Of a DNA stretch of 59,682 nucleotides, positions 1-9,759 are shown one piece after another. This stretch comes from Cyanobacteria bacterium P01_D01_bin.156. GTDB taxonomy: Bacteria; Cyanobacteriota; Cyanobacteriia; Phormidesmidales; Phormidesmidaceae. Made by a program: the position numbers and the translations under genes. Numbering within the stretch: position 1 is the first letter of the stretch; each line of letters opens with the position of its first letter. The notes under the pieces are model-generated. The model saw only the letters and a program-made list of their open reading frames with translations. It searched no databases and was not told the origin of the DNA. Location of the stretch: assembly GCA_039024555.1 (NCBI GenBank), contig JBCCQQ010000038.1, forward strand, positions 1 through 59,682, given 5' to 3'.

Positions 1-62
1 GACAGCGACTGGTAATAACGCTGCATCTGGACTTCGATTTCAGCAGGATAGGACACGAGCAC
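1..62 (-). CDS. N-terminus of a probable ISAzo13-like transposase (partial)
   Basis: Manual translation from GTG at 62 gives (M)LVSYPAEIEVQMQRYYQSLS, which resembles the 'Y..EIE.QMQR.YQSLSEKDRRRYAA' start of these transposases. Confidence 0.65.
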   Translation of the reverse strand, partial: MLVSYPAEIEVQMQRYYQSL

Positions 63-145
63 TTATTCTCTCAAATTACCTATTTCCCAGGTTACTCTAA
101 CCATAGAAATATGGATACTATAAAATCCTTCTTCCTAACCAATTC
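1..145 (-). mobile_element. Left end of a probable ISAzo13-family insertion sequence (runs off the window)
   Basis: Glucosidase similarity stops abruptly near 145. The minus strand then reads GAATTGGTTAGGAAG..., followed by an ORF start resembling cyanobacterial ISAzo13-type transposases. The boundary is approximate. Confidence 0.65.
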
Positions 146-877
146 ATCACAGTAGAACCAGTAGCTACCAAGGTCAGGGTGATTGGCCTCAATTACACAA
201 AAGTTTGACCGTTGACGAGCCACGTTTAGCTGAGGTTTAGGGCTCTCCTGATCCCAGGACCAGGTATTGCGAAACCACAGGTGTGGCAGCACGTGTAGCT
301 GTTTGGTTTCTAGACCACGATTGACTACGGAAATCTGAATTAAAATATCGTCTGGGCTGGCCTTGGCATACTCAACAAACACATCAAAATAGCGATTGTT
401 GTCAAAAACACCCGTATCCAACAGTTCATACTCAGGTGCACTGCGACCGCGTCTTTGATTCTCTTCTATTAGTTGGCCATAGGGATATTCGGCCTGAGGA
501 TATTTATAAAGTCCCTTTAGATATGAGTAGGTGGGAGTACTGTCGAGATAGAAATAGTATTCCTTAGCATCTTCACCGTGGTTCCCTTGGTTCCCGGTGA
601 GACCAAATAATCTCTCTTTTAGGACTGGGTCCTGACCATTCCAAAGGGCCACACTAAAACACAGCCGTTGCTTTTCATCAGAAACACCCAGCAGACCATC
701 TTCGCCCCAGCGATAGGCACGGGAGTGCGATTGTTCATGGGAGAAATAGTCCCAGGCTTCCCCGGTTGGGCTATAGTCCTCGCGGACCGTTCCCCACTGG
801 CGATCGCTTAAATAGGGTCCCCACTTTTTCCAGGCGGTACGATGAATGGATTGCAGTCTTTCTTGTTCAGGGCTCAT
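92..877 (-). pseudogene. GH63/MGH1-like glucosidase, 5' part only, interrupted
   Basis: [30 protein letters not shown] and [19 protein letters not shown] motifs. ATG at 877 follows an AAGGAG RBS. About 260 aa versus roughly 900 aa for typical members, and the tail after YWFYCD is unrelated sequence. Confidence 0.8.
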
Positions 878-917
878 GGCGATCTCCTTGGGTGTAAGTG
901 AATGATAATGGGCAATC

Positions 918-2915
918 CTAATTAACCGAGAGCTCCGTGCCAATCAGCCGATAGGCCCGTAACACCTCTGCCACCGTCCAGGCTTGGGCAAACGCTCCCC
1001 GGGGAGAATGGGGTGGCGCACCGTCAAAAATTTCACTAAGGGTGCCAACACAGCCTGCGTTTAGATGATCGGCCATGGGGTCTAGAAAACTCTGCGCCAG
1101 ATCGGGGTTTTTATACACCTTTAAATGGGCCTGAACAAAGTGACCAATGAGCCAGCCCCACACCGGTCCTTGGTGGTAGGCACTATCTCGCTGGAGGGGA
1201 CTCCCACCGTATTGTCCCTGGTAGTCAGGATGCTGAGGCGAAAGCGATCTCAACCCGTGGGAGGTGAGTAACTGTTGGGCAACGGCATCGACAACAGACT
1301 GTTGCTGTTCCGGTTGGGATAAGAGCGGAGTTTGAGTGGCCGGTAATGAGACCGCAAAAATTTGATTGGGCCGCATTGTCTCATCGTTACCATCGGGGCC
1401 ATTTAGAACGTCGTAACAGTAGCCTGTCTGGGGATTCCAAAACTGTTCAAAGCCCTTGGCCACTCTCTCAGCTAGCTGGGCGTAATGATGGTTAGGCCGC
1501 CCAATGTGCTGGGCAAACCCCACCATACTTATTAAAGCATTATACCAGAGGGCATTGATTTCAACGGGTTTGCCCATGCGGGGAGTAATCACCCAGTCCC
1601 CCACTTTGGCATCCATCCACGTCAGCTGTACACCGGGTTCTCCAGCATAGAGAAGACCATCATCATCCATGTGGATGTTATAGCGAGTCCCTTTTTGGTG
1701 CCAATCAATCACCTCTTCGAGAATTGGAAATAGGGCTTTAAGAAAGGTGTTATCTCGGGTGGCTTTGTAGTAAGCACGAACCGCTTCAAAATACCAAAGG
1801 ATAGCGTCCACCGTGTTGTATTCTGGCTCCTGTCCCACTTCTGGAAAGAGATTGGGAAGCATCCCTTGGTCCAGATATTGGGCAAAGGTGTTGAGGATGG
1901 GTTTGGCAATGTCGGGACGATTGGTTGCGATCGCTAAGCCCGGCAATGCAATCATTGTATCTCGCCCCCAATCCCCAAACCAGGGATACCCGGCAATGAC
2001 CGTTTTACCAGGAATGCCTGCTACGGTCCGCTCAACAATAAACTGGTCGGCGGCCAACACCAGCTGTTCTAGCCACAGGGGCGCTTGCTTACTCTCAGGG
2101 GCCGTGTACCAGTAGCCGATTAAGGTTTGTTCGTGCAGCCGCTGACGTCTCAAGGCCGCCGCTCCATCCAGCTCCACCCGAGATAGGGTACTGGCTACCA
2201 ACGTAAATGATTGCCCCATGGTTAAATCAACCGCAAAGTTAGCAACGTGGAGGTGATCGTCGTGGGGATAGAGACCACGATATTGTTCCGTTGCTAAGGT
2301 ATAGCCACAGTACCAACTGTGGGCAGTGGAAACCTCCGCTCCAGTCGCCAGCAGATAAATGGGAAACGCAGTCTCAAATGCTTGAATTTCCACACCCTGG
2401 GACAGCACATTGACCTGCATCTGCCAGTCTTCGCTTTGGGTGTATCCGTGTTGGTCGCGGTAGTTTACCAGGGCCTTGAGGGATAGGGACAGGGGCTGAC
2501 TGGCCCGCTTGAGGGTGTACCGAATATAGGTGGTGTTGGCCCCCTGCTCCATCCAAATTCGCTTTTCGAGTAGCGCATCTCCACAGGCAAAGGTCCAAAC
2601 CGGAATTGCCCCGTCTAGGCAAAATTGTTCTATAAACTGGTACCCCTTGGGGGTAATGGTGCCATCGGACCAGCGATTGCTAAACAGTGGCCAGGATTTA
2701 CCGACATAATCAACACTCTCGTCCAATTTGGTGAAGAGTAATGTTCTCGCCAGCGGTGGCTTGAGGGCCGCGACCAACAGTCCGTGGTAGTGGCGGTTCA
2801 GTATGCCTGAAATTGAACCACAGGCATAGCCACCAATGCCATTCGTCACCAGCCATTCTCGCTGGCTAGCGCTATCCAATTCACCACAGATTTCTCGTCC
2901 AAATTGTACAACCAT
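918..2915 (-). CDS. Glycogen debranching enzyme (amylo-alpha-1,6-glucosidase, GDE_N + GDE_C)
   Basis: [47 protein letters not shown] and QAWTVAE motifs. Confidence 0.92.
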   Translation of the reverse strand: MVVQFGREICGELDSASQREWLVTNGIGGYACGSISGILNRHYHGLLVAALKPPLARTLLFTKLDESVDYVGKSWPLFSNRWSDGTITPKGYQFIEQFCLDGAIPVWTFACGDALLEKRIWMEQGANTTYIRYTLKRASQPLSLSLKALVNYRDQHGYTQSEDWQMQVNVLSQGVEIQAFETAFPIYLLATGAEVSTAHSWYCGYTLATEQYRGLYPHDDHLHVANFAVDLTMGQSFTLVASTLSRVELDGAAALRRQRLHEQTLIGYWYTAPESKQAPLWLEQLVLAADQFIVERTVAGIPGKTVIAGYPWFGDWGRDTMIALPGLAIATNRPDIAKPILNTFAQYLDQGMLPNLFPEVGQEPEYNTVDAILWYFEAVRAYYKATRDNTFLKALFPILEEVIDWHQKGTRYNIHMDDDGLLYAGEPGVQLTWMDAKVGDWVITPRMGKPVEINALWYNALISMVGFAQHIGRPNHHYAQLAERVAKGFEQFWNPQTGYCYDVLNGPDGNDETMRPNQIFAVSLPATQTPLLSQPEQQQSVVDAVAQQLLTSHGLRSLSPQHPDYQGQYGGSPLQRDSAYHQGPVWGWLIGHFVQAHLKVYKNPDLAQSFLDPMADHLNAGCVGTLSEIFDGAPPHSPRGAFAQAWTVAEVLRAYRLIGTELSVN

Positions 2916-3241
2916 GGCTGTCTAAACAGTCTTCACTTGCTAAAGGAACGGTGGTCAATGATTAAATGTCTCCATCGTTCACATATTACTCCGGGGAACA
3001 CATTACAGTGTTCAACTTACCCGCCTATTCGCTCAAGTTGAACCCAGCAGAATACCTCAATTTTTGAAGCTAGGTTAATATGTGCGCCTAGCTATATGAT
3101 CCACCCGCTAAAATAGAAGTATCCACCAATTTCTGGTGGAGCAACATGCACTACTTTGTTTTTTCGCTGCCATGTAATCTGTCAGTTTATTGTTGTTCTT
3201 AACGACAAAACTCAAGTCGCCAACAGAAGAAAGAAGTTGAA

Positions 3242-3643
3242 ATGCTGACTAATCAAGATCTAAACATCGCGCTACAACAACCCTGGACTTCTCGGTATAC
3301 TAAGGTGTTAGCCTGCATTCTGATTTATGGTGCTACCGTTCACATTGCCAATATGGCCGGGGGTACTGGAACACCCTGGCTAACAACACCCCTGCTGTGG
3401 CAAATAATGGATATAGTGCTGCTGTTATTTAATACAGTGAGTGCGATCGCTCTCTGGCGAGGAGTGTCTTGGTCTGTGTGGCTAACATTTAGCGGCATTG
3501 CACTGCTGCAATTTGTGCCCTACACCCTACTACAAGATCAGTTTATCCTCCAGCCTGGAGATGCCCAAACATTAAACGGATTGCTAGGCACAGAAGCCTT
3601 GTTATTAGCGATATTTGCTCTGTTGCTATGGCTCAAAAAATAG
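3242..3643 (+). CDS. Hypothetical membrane protein (about 4 TM helices)
   Basis: 133-aa ORF with four hydrophobic segments. Confidence 0.7.
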   Translation: MLTNQDLNIALQQPWTSRYTKVLACILIYGATVHIANMAGGTGTPWLTTPLLWQIMDIVLLLFNTVSAIALWRGVSWSVWLTFSGIALLQFVPYTLLQDQFILQPGDAQTLNGLLGTEALLLAIFALLLWLKK

Positions 3644-3954
3644 CTACTGTTCTTTGGCATCTAAAAGCTGCCCATTAAAGACGTTTACAGATCGCTTCAT
3701 CTCCCAAACCAGTAACAATACGGTGCTATTGCCGTACAATAGGCACAACTTAGTCTAGGGCTGTCTGTTGTAAAGGCATCCGTATGTCCTATACGCCCAG
3801 CGCCTGGATATCGGTAAAAATGCCCCATAGTTTTAACAGACCGCTCCCAAGAATTCTGAAATCCTCATTTCTTCACCATAAAACCCGTAAAAACCCAGAA
3901 CAGGTTTCATAGCGTATTTTCCATAATGGAAATATCGACTTTTAATTTCTTTTC

Positions 3955-4425
3955 ATGGCTGACCAGGATTTTGTTGCTGAGCACCAGAATATTTCCTATC
4001 CTGCTCAGGAGCAGTCAGGTGTAGTGAATTATGCGGACAATAACAACCTGGAGAATAGAGGAATCACTCATGATCTATATCCTGGTGACAGCACCTATCC
4101 CAAACGCCAACTAGCTCCCACAAATGAACGAGACGAAAACAGGGAATCAAGCGAGATTGCTACAGCATATGTGGAAATAGAGCCCATAGGTCAACTTGAT
4201 ATGGAAACCCTATACCTAGAAGCCTCTGAAATTGCTGGGCAACGTTTAACGGCAGGCCAACAGCTGGCCATTGCCATGGCCAACCAGATGAGCTACGAGG
4301 ATTTGCACCCATTAACTAAAGCAAAAGTTGACAAAGTTAGGAATGCTTCTAGTACAGGATTGGACATTCAAAAAATTGCAACTCAGCTTCTAAATCAGTA
4401 TCGGCAACGCATGCGCCCTGTTTAA
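3955..4425 (+). CDS. Hypothetical protein (acidic disordered N-half, helical C-half)
   Basis: 156-aa ATG ORF with no recognised motif. Confidence 0.55.
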   Translation: MADQDFVAEHQNISYPAQEQSGVVNYADNNNLENRGITHDLYPGDSTYPKRQLAPTNERDENRESSEIATAYVEIEPIGQLDMETLYLEASEIAGQRLTAGQQLAIAMANQMSYEDLHPLTKAKVDKVRNASSTGLDIQKIATQLLNQYRQRMRPV

Positions 4426-4584
4426 TTAAGCGTGTATCCAGCTTTAAGCAACTAAAAAACTTGGCGCATAGAGTGCGCAACATCAGTACTTGCTGAAGGC
4501 GATAAATAGCCATAGCTAGGCAGCAATTTTTTGAATGCATTCAGCAGTTGCGACACAACAATTGTTCATAGAACACAACAACTA

Positions 4585-4618
4585 TAAAAAACGGTGTAGC
4601 TCGACTTAGCTACACCGT
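4585..4618 (-). terminator. Rho-independent terminator on the minus strand
   Basis: ACGGTGTAGCT...AGCTACACCGT inverted repeat with an A-run on its left, which is a U-tail on the minus strand. Confidence 0.7.
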
Positions 4619-4820
4619 ATTAACTGAAGCTGTAGAAGGAAACAACCTAAGACCTAGGTCGATGGTGCAATCAGGTTAAAGCTAAAAGTTAATAGCCTTA
4701 AACATGCGGTTGATGACACAGGTGATGTAAAAATGTAATGTTACGGCATAGCTATAGCATTACATAAGCTTCTAAACTATTCAGAAGAAAACATCCCTGC
4801 TCCAGATAATTGCAGACTTA

Positions 4821-4917
4821 GGAACTGTTAAGAAACGACGTCACGGTTTAAGCCTGAAAAGCTTGTTAAGCGATGATTTACAGGCTTAAGGCCATGATTT
4901 TAATTTCTAACACTCCC
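4821..4917. mobile_element. MITE copy 1 (97 bp, imperfect TIRs, flanked by TTA on both sides)
   Basis: TTA|GGAACTGTTAAGAAA...TTTCTAACACTCCC|TTA, highly similar to 27727-27827. Confidence 0.8.
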
Positions 4918-4984
4918 TTAGCTAACCTGACAAATAAAAACGACTGTCTAGTCAATTCCAGATGGTTTGTTAAATCTCTGATTG

Positions 4985-5260
4985 TTAGGCAGCAACTTTT
5001 TCCTTAAACGCTTTTCCTGCAGAGAACGCAGGAACTGTTGTTGCTGGAATAGTCATAGTCTCGCCTGTCTTAGGATTGCGGCCTTCACGTTCTTTGCGAT
5101 CGCGAGGTTCAAAGCTACCAAACCCCACTAATGTTACCTTTTCGCCACTGGAAACAGCTTCCATAATGGACTCAATGGTTGCAGATACGACAGCATCCGC
5201 AACTTTCTTTGAAACACCAGCTTTTTCAGCCACTGTATCTAGCAGTTCACCTTTGTTCAT
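4985..5260 (-). CDS. hup: DNA-binding protein HU
   Basis: MNKGELL...VTLVGFGSFEPRDRKEREGRNPKTGE...PAFSAGKAFKE. Likely start is the ATG at 5260. Confidence 0.97.
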   Translation of the reverse strand: MNKGELLDTVAEKAGVSKKVADAVVSATIESIMEAVSSGEKVTLVGFGSFEPRDRKEREGRNPKTGETMTIPATTVPAFSAGKAFKEKVAA

Positions 5261-5404
5261 AGCAAGAGAAATCAATACTTCGAGGTAGTTTTAGCACAGG
5301 TCCACACAGAACACAAGTACTAAAGCAACGAAAACACATATGCTGCAGAGGTTTCCGCATCATAATTAGCTATCGTTTTTGAACTGAGCCTACATTAGCT
5401 CACT

Positions 5405-5632
5405 TTAGCCAGGTGTTCTCTGTAAATCAGGTTTTTCTTCAGGTATGATTGCTCCTTCCACTGGACATACCTGCAAACAGATCCCACAATCGATGCAAAC
5501 ATCGAAGTCGATCCAGTACCAGTCGGTTCCCTTTTTATTTTTCTTGGGACCCTCATGAATACAGGCCACAGGGCAAGCATCGACGCAATCGGTAACACCT
5601 TCACAGACATCGGTAACAATAGTGTGGGCCAC
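5405..5632 (-). CDS. Dicluster bacterial-type ferredoxin (4Fe-4S/3Fe-4S)
   Basis: CEGVTDCVDACP and CIDCGICLQVCP motifs. Confidence 0.92.
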   Translation of the reverse strand: MAHTIVTDVCEGVTDCVDACPVACIHEGPKKNKKGTDWYWIDFDVCIDCGICLQVCPVEGAIIPEEKPDLQRTPG

Positions 5633-5737
5633 GGTTCTCCTTAGGATTATTTGGCATATAGAGCAGAAGCCCCTAGGGAATAGATTCTGGAGCTTCAGTT
5701 ACATTTATTTATCTTAAAGGGGATCGGGGGGTACAGG

Positions 5738-6946
5738 TTACTTCAATGCCTCAATCTGTACCTCGCCCTGCTCAGAAACCCAAGCAATATTGGCAATCTT
5801 ACGTGCCTGAGCAAACTGCCGGATGGTTGCTTCAGGAAGGGACAGATCAAGGCTGAGTTCTACCCGGGTCAGCTGGTCAGCCTGCCGTAGGCTTTGGGCA
5901 TGGGCAATGGCGGCTGTTGCGGCTGTTGCGGTGGTCGGTACCACCAACCAGTCACTGTCTGCCACCGTATGGGGCAAGTTAACCTGCAAAATCTGCTGTA
6001 ACGTTTCACCATTTAGCACAAACCCCACCCCTGGATAGGATTCTTGGTTTGGATGGAACAGGCTTAGTAAGTTGTCATAGCGACCTCCTTGACCTACCAC
6101 CTCACAGGTATGCTCAGTGCGTACGACCGCCTTAAATGCTACTCCTGTGTAGTATTCATAGGTTTGCATTAGGCTGAGATCAAGGACTAGGTTGGGCGGA
6201 TGAGCCGTGAGGGTATTTTCCAAAAGCTCAATTAGGTTCTTTAAATCGCCGACAATCTTACGTTGATAATCATCTAGATCTAACTGACTGACTTGAGTAA
6301 GGACAGCGCGAGGCTCGCCACGTAAATCCATAATCGTCAGGGCAAGCGTTTGTAGAGAATTGGTTAAGGGTAAGCTTTTCAGAGCTACCCGGTCGAGATT
6401 AGCGATCGCAACTTTTACCTGATCCCGTATCTTGATGGGGAATGGGGCCAGGAAGGAGGCTGTTAAGCTAGCCTCACTCAGCAGCAAATGCCAGTCCCCT
6501 ATCTCCAGAGCCCTCAGGCAATCTGCCATAATCAGAAGAGTCTCAGCATCTGCCAAGGAACCGCTGGCTCCCAACAACTCTATGCCCGCTTGGTATGCCT
6601 CTTGCTGCCCCCCCTGACTGCCCGTAGATGAACGTCTGAATACGTTGGCATGGTAGTACAGTCGTTGGGGATAATTACTGATGCGGGTTACCGCTGCCCT
6701 AGCAATGGAGGCCGTCAGTTCAGGGCGTAATCCCAAACGTTGGCCGTGACCACTCAACTCAACGACATCCGACTGGTGAATTGCACCACCTGCCATCAGA
6801 GTATCCATGCTTTCAACGGTTGAAGTGATGATCCGTTGATAGCTCCAGCGTTGGAATACGGCTTCTATACGATCCTCAATCCAGCGCTTTTGCGCCACAT
6901 CCAAAGGAAAGAGATCGCGTCCACCCGTTGGGGGTTGGTAGGTCAT
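5738..6946 (-). CDS. hisZ: ATP phosphoribosyltransferase regulatory subunit
   Basis: HisRS-like LRPELTASIARA, QAGIELLG, YYTG and GGRYDNL motifs. Confidence 0.93.
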   Translation of the reverse strand: MTYQPPTGGRDLFPLDVAQKRWIEDRIEAVFQRWSYQRIITSTVESMDTLMAGGAIHQSDVVELSGHGQRLGLRPELTASIARAAVTRISNYPQRLYYHANVFRRSSTGSQGGQQEAYQAGIELLGASGSLADAETLLIMADCLRALEIGDWHLLLSEASLTASFLAPFPIKIRDQVKVAIANLDRVALKSLPLTNSLQTLALTIMDLRGEPRAVLTQVSQLDLDDYQRKIVGDLKNLIELLENTLTAHPPNLVLDLSLMQTYEYYTGVAFKAVVRTEHTCEVVGQGGRYDNLLSLFHPNQESYPGVGFVLNGETLQQILQVNLPHTVADSDWLVVPTTATAATAAIAHAQSLRQADQLTRVELSLDLSLPEATIRQFAQARKIANIAWVSEQGEVQIEALK

Positions 6947-7048
6947 GACTGTCCTGGCTGCAATTGCTATACCAGCTTAAAGCCTGATGGTAATGACCGA
7001 CCAGTGTTCCATCCAAGCGCCCTTGACCATGAAAGGACAACTCGATAG

Positions 7049-7990
7049 TTACTTGCGTTTTTTGCCTCCAAACAGTCCCCCAAATAACCCGCCTGATTTA
7101 CCAGACGAGGAGCTACCGGATGATTTAGGGGTGGATGCATTTTTGGCAGCACGTTTAGCATAGGCATCCAATCGCTTTTGAACATCTACGGCTGTCTGAT
7201 TATCTGGCTCTAGTTCCAGCGCTCGTTTAGTATGAATACCGGCCATCTTGAGCTGATTGCTACGCATGTACAAGCGTCCTAACTCCGCATGACATCTAGG
7301 ATTTTGTGGATGGGCTTTGACCGCTTCCCGCAATTCAATAATGCCCCGAGAGAAGTTGCCCTTGTATTCAAATTCCTTAGCGCGATTAATAAAGCTGTCG
7401 ATTAACTGCGCCCGTCTTTCCCGTTGGGACATGATCTTCACGGGGGCAGAAGCTTGAGCTGTAGCAGCGGTGTTTTCGGTATCAGTTTGGGGCGCTGCCT
7501 CTTGACTAGTTGCCGGAGCTCCACCTTGACGCATCACGTAGGCGGCATTGAGCTCACTGATAGCCCCGATCGCCTCTAGCACTTGTTCAAGGGAGTCGTA
7601 CTGCTCCGTAATCAAAGGCTTTAGAGCATTGCTATAGTCGTAATCGACATTATTGCTGCTAGCAACTTTCTTGGGCCCCTCACTGGAGAAAGCAAGGAGT
7701 GCAGGCTGCTTCTGGAGCTGCTGTCCCTTGAGCTTAAGACTCAGCTTATGTTCAACCAGGGCTTTTTCCTGGCTCAAGGTTTCGTAGGCGGGGTTAACCA
7801 GTTTAGATAGCAGTTCGCTAGCCTGCTGCTTCTCGGTTTCTGAAGCATCTCGAAAACTATCAGGATGTAACTTACGAGCGATTTTTAAATAGCGTTTTCT
7901 GACCTGCTTAGCGTCGGCGTCTAGGGGTACTCCTAAAACGGCATGGTGGTCGACTAAGTCCAGCTTGAATAGCCCGCGGTTAACCTGCAT
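7049..7990 (-). CDS. J-domain protein with C-terminal TPR
   Basis: YLKIARKLHPD J-domain motif and a C-terminal TPR-like helical pair. Confidence 0.88.
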   Translation of the reverse strand: MQVNRGLFKLDLVDHHAVLGVPLDADAKQVRKRYLKIARKLHPDSFRDASETEKQQASELLSKLVNPAYETLSQEKALVEHKLSLKLKGQQLQKQPALLAFSSEGPKKVASSNNVDYDYSNALKPLITEQYDSLEQVLEAIGAISELNAAYVMRQGGAPATSQEAAPQTDTENTAATAQASAPVKIMSQRERRAQLIDSFINRAKEFEYKGNFSRGIIELREAVKAHPQNPRCHAELGRLYMRSNQLKMAGIHTKRALELEPDNQTAVDVQKRLDAYAKRAAKNASTPKSSGSSSSGKSGGLFGGLFGGKKRK

Positions 7991-8146
7991 TTATCTCAAT
8001 ATTGCGATCGCTGAAATCTATATTAGTTTATCTGTCCTGGCATCTACGACCTGTAGCCATATAGACGCTAAAAATATGTAAATTGTGTCTATTGCTATGG
8101 AGATCCTATCCCAAGTCACCGCAAGAAAGCACGTTAGGGAGCTTGG

Positions 8147-8971
8147 CTAAGCAGGCTGAAATTGGGGCAGCGGGTGGATTTGCTGCAGTTCACGGACAAC
8201 TGCAGCATGTAGTGGGCCATTGGTGGCCACTAGGCGTCCCGAGTAAATATCAAATGGGCTACTGTCGTAGGCACTTACCCGCCCACCGGCTTCTTCCACC
8301 AAAACCACACCGGCTGCTAGATCCCACGGAGATAACCCCCGTTCCCAGTATCCATCCAGACAGCCAGAGGCGACATGGGCTAAATCCACTGAAGCCGATC
8401 CCCCCCGACGCACGCCTTGTGTTAGATGGGTAAAGTGACAAAACTCAGCGTAGTTGTTGTCCAACCTTTCTCGACGGTCATAGGCAAACCCCGTCACGAG
8501 TAGACTATTCGCTAGTTTGTCCGTTTTCGACACCTGCATCGGTTGGCGATTGTGGGTAGCGCCCAGCCCCTTGGCCCCACGATACAGATCGCCCAGGATA
8601 GGGTTATATACCACACCCACCGTAGGCACACCGTTGATTAATAGACCAATGGACACGGCACATAAGGGATATCCATGGGCGTAGTTAGTGGTTCCATCTA
8701 GGGGATCAATTGCCCATAATAATGGGCTGTCCTGTTGCCCCATTTGACCAGATTCTTCTGCCAAAATGGCATGATCGCTAAAGTGACGTTTGATCACCCT
8801 TAAGACTTCTTCTTCTGAAGCTTTATCAGCTTCAGTAACAAGATCCCCTGAGCGGCCTTTTTCTTGAACTGAGGAGAGATTTCCCCAATAGCGTTGAAGT
8901 ATGGCTCCGCCAGCCATAGCAGCTTCGGTTGCAACGTCTAAAAAGCGCTGCAAGTCTTGAGGGTTAGACAT
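8147..8971 (-). CDS. suhB: Inositol monophosphatase family protein
   Basis: DLVTEAD, WAIDPLDGTTNYAHG and WDLAAG motifs. Confidence 0.9.
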   Translation of the reverse strand: MSNPQDLQRFLDVATEAAMAGGAILQRYWGNLSSVQEKGRSGDLVTEADKASEEEVLRVIKRHFSDHAILAEESGQMGQQDSPLLWAIDPLDGTTNYAHGYPLCAVSIGLLINGVPTVGVVYNPILGDLYRGAKGLGATHNRQPMQVSKTDKLANSLLVTGFAYDRRERLDNNYAEFCHFTHLTQGVRRGGSASVDLAHVASGCLDGYWERGLSPWDLAAGVVLVEEAGGRVSAYDSSPFDIYSGRLVATNGPLHAAVVRELQQIHPLPQFQPA

Positions 8972-9031
8972 CGTATTTATTAATAACCACAGCTAATTAG
9001 GGTGGGCAATGAACACCCTATGATTCCACTT

Positions 9032-9400
9032 TTAATCCTCGTCTAAAGGCAACCCAAAGCGAACTTTGCCTTTGCCAAAATAGCGCCCAAATTGCTGCTC
9101 ATAAACCTCGTCTTCGTCCTGAGTCTCCACCTCTAGATCCGTACAGGCATAGCTGACACAGAGCAGAGCGTACCCTTTTTCTCTTAGCGCTGGCGATAAA
9201 CCCATGGCCTCGGGCTGCTTCACATGACCAGCTAGAATCCTCACAGCACAGGTAGTACAAGCCCCATTACGACAGGCAAACGGTAAATCTGCACCCTGAT
9301 TTTCCGCCGTATGCAGAATGTAGCGATCATCGGGGACTTGAGCAGTGTAGTGACGGTCCTTCTGACGATGGTAAATTTTGACAGTGTGTGTTTGAGTCAT
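9032..9400 (-). CDS. 2Fe-2S ferredoxin with C-terminal extension (Fed2/FdC2-like)
   Basis: CRNGACTTC...LLC cluster motif and EDEVY..QFGRYF tail. Confidence 0.9.
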   Translation of the reverse strand: MTQTHTVKIYHRQKDRHYTAQVPDDRYILHTAENQGADLPFACRNGACTTCAVRILAGHVKQPEAMGLSPALREKGYALLCVSYACTDLEVETQDEDEVYEQQFGRYFGKGKVRFGLPLDED

Positions 9401-9592
9401 AAAACCGTTTTTAAAGAGCAGCGGTGCTTTGCAATGGTCCCACGAAAAGAAGAATATTAGTCTTCAGCCTCTCTAACTCCGGACACTATGCTCGAAATCA
9501 CCAGCAGCAAAAATTTTGACTGCTATCTAGGTCCCACTTTCTGCTAGTATACTTGAGCTGAATAAGTTTATTTTTTCAGCAACATAATATTT

Positions 9593-9679
9593 GGAGAGGT
9601 GGCCGAGTGGTCGAAGGCGCAGCACTGGAAATGCTGTAATGGGGTGACTCATTCGAGGGTTCGAATCCCTCCCTCTCCG
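9593..9679 (+). tRNA. tRNA-Ser (GGA)
   Basis: GGAGAGG/CCTCTCC acceptor stem, CAGCA-CTGGAAA-TGCTG anticodon arm, long variable arm, GGTTCGAATCC T-loop. CCA is not encoded. Confidence 0.97.
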
Positions 9680-9759
9680 TTTGGTATATACATGTTTCTC
9701 TATCTGGGCGAAACTAATGGCAACCTTAAATAGCTGGTTGTTAATATGGTTCTTGATTT

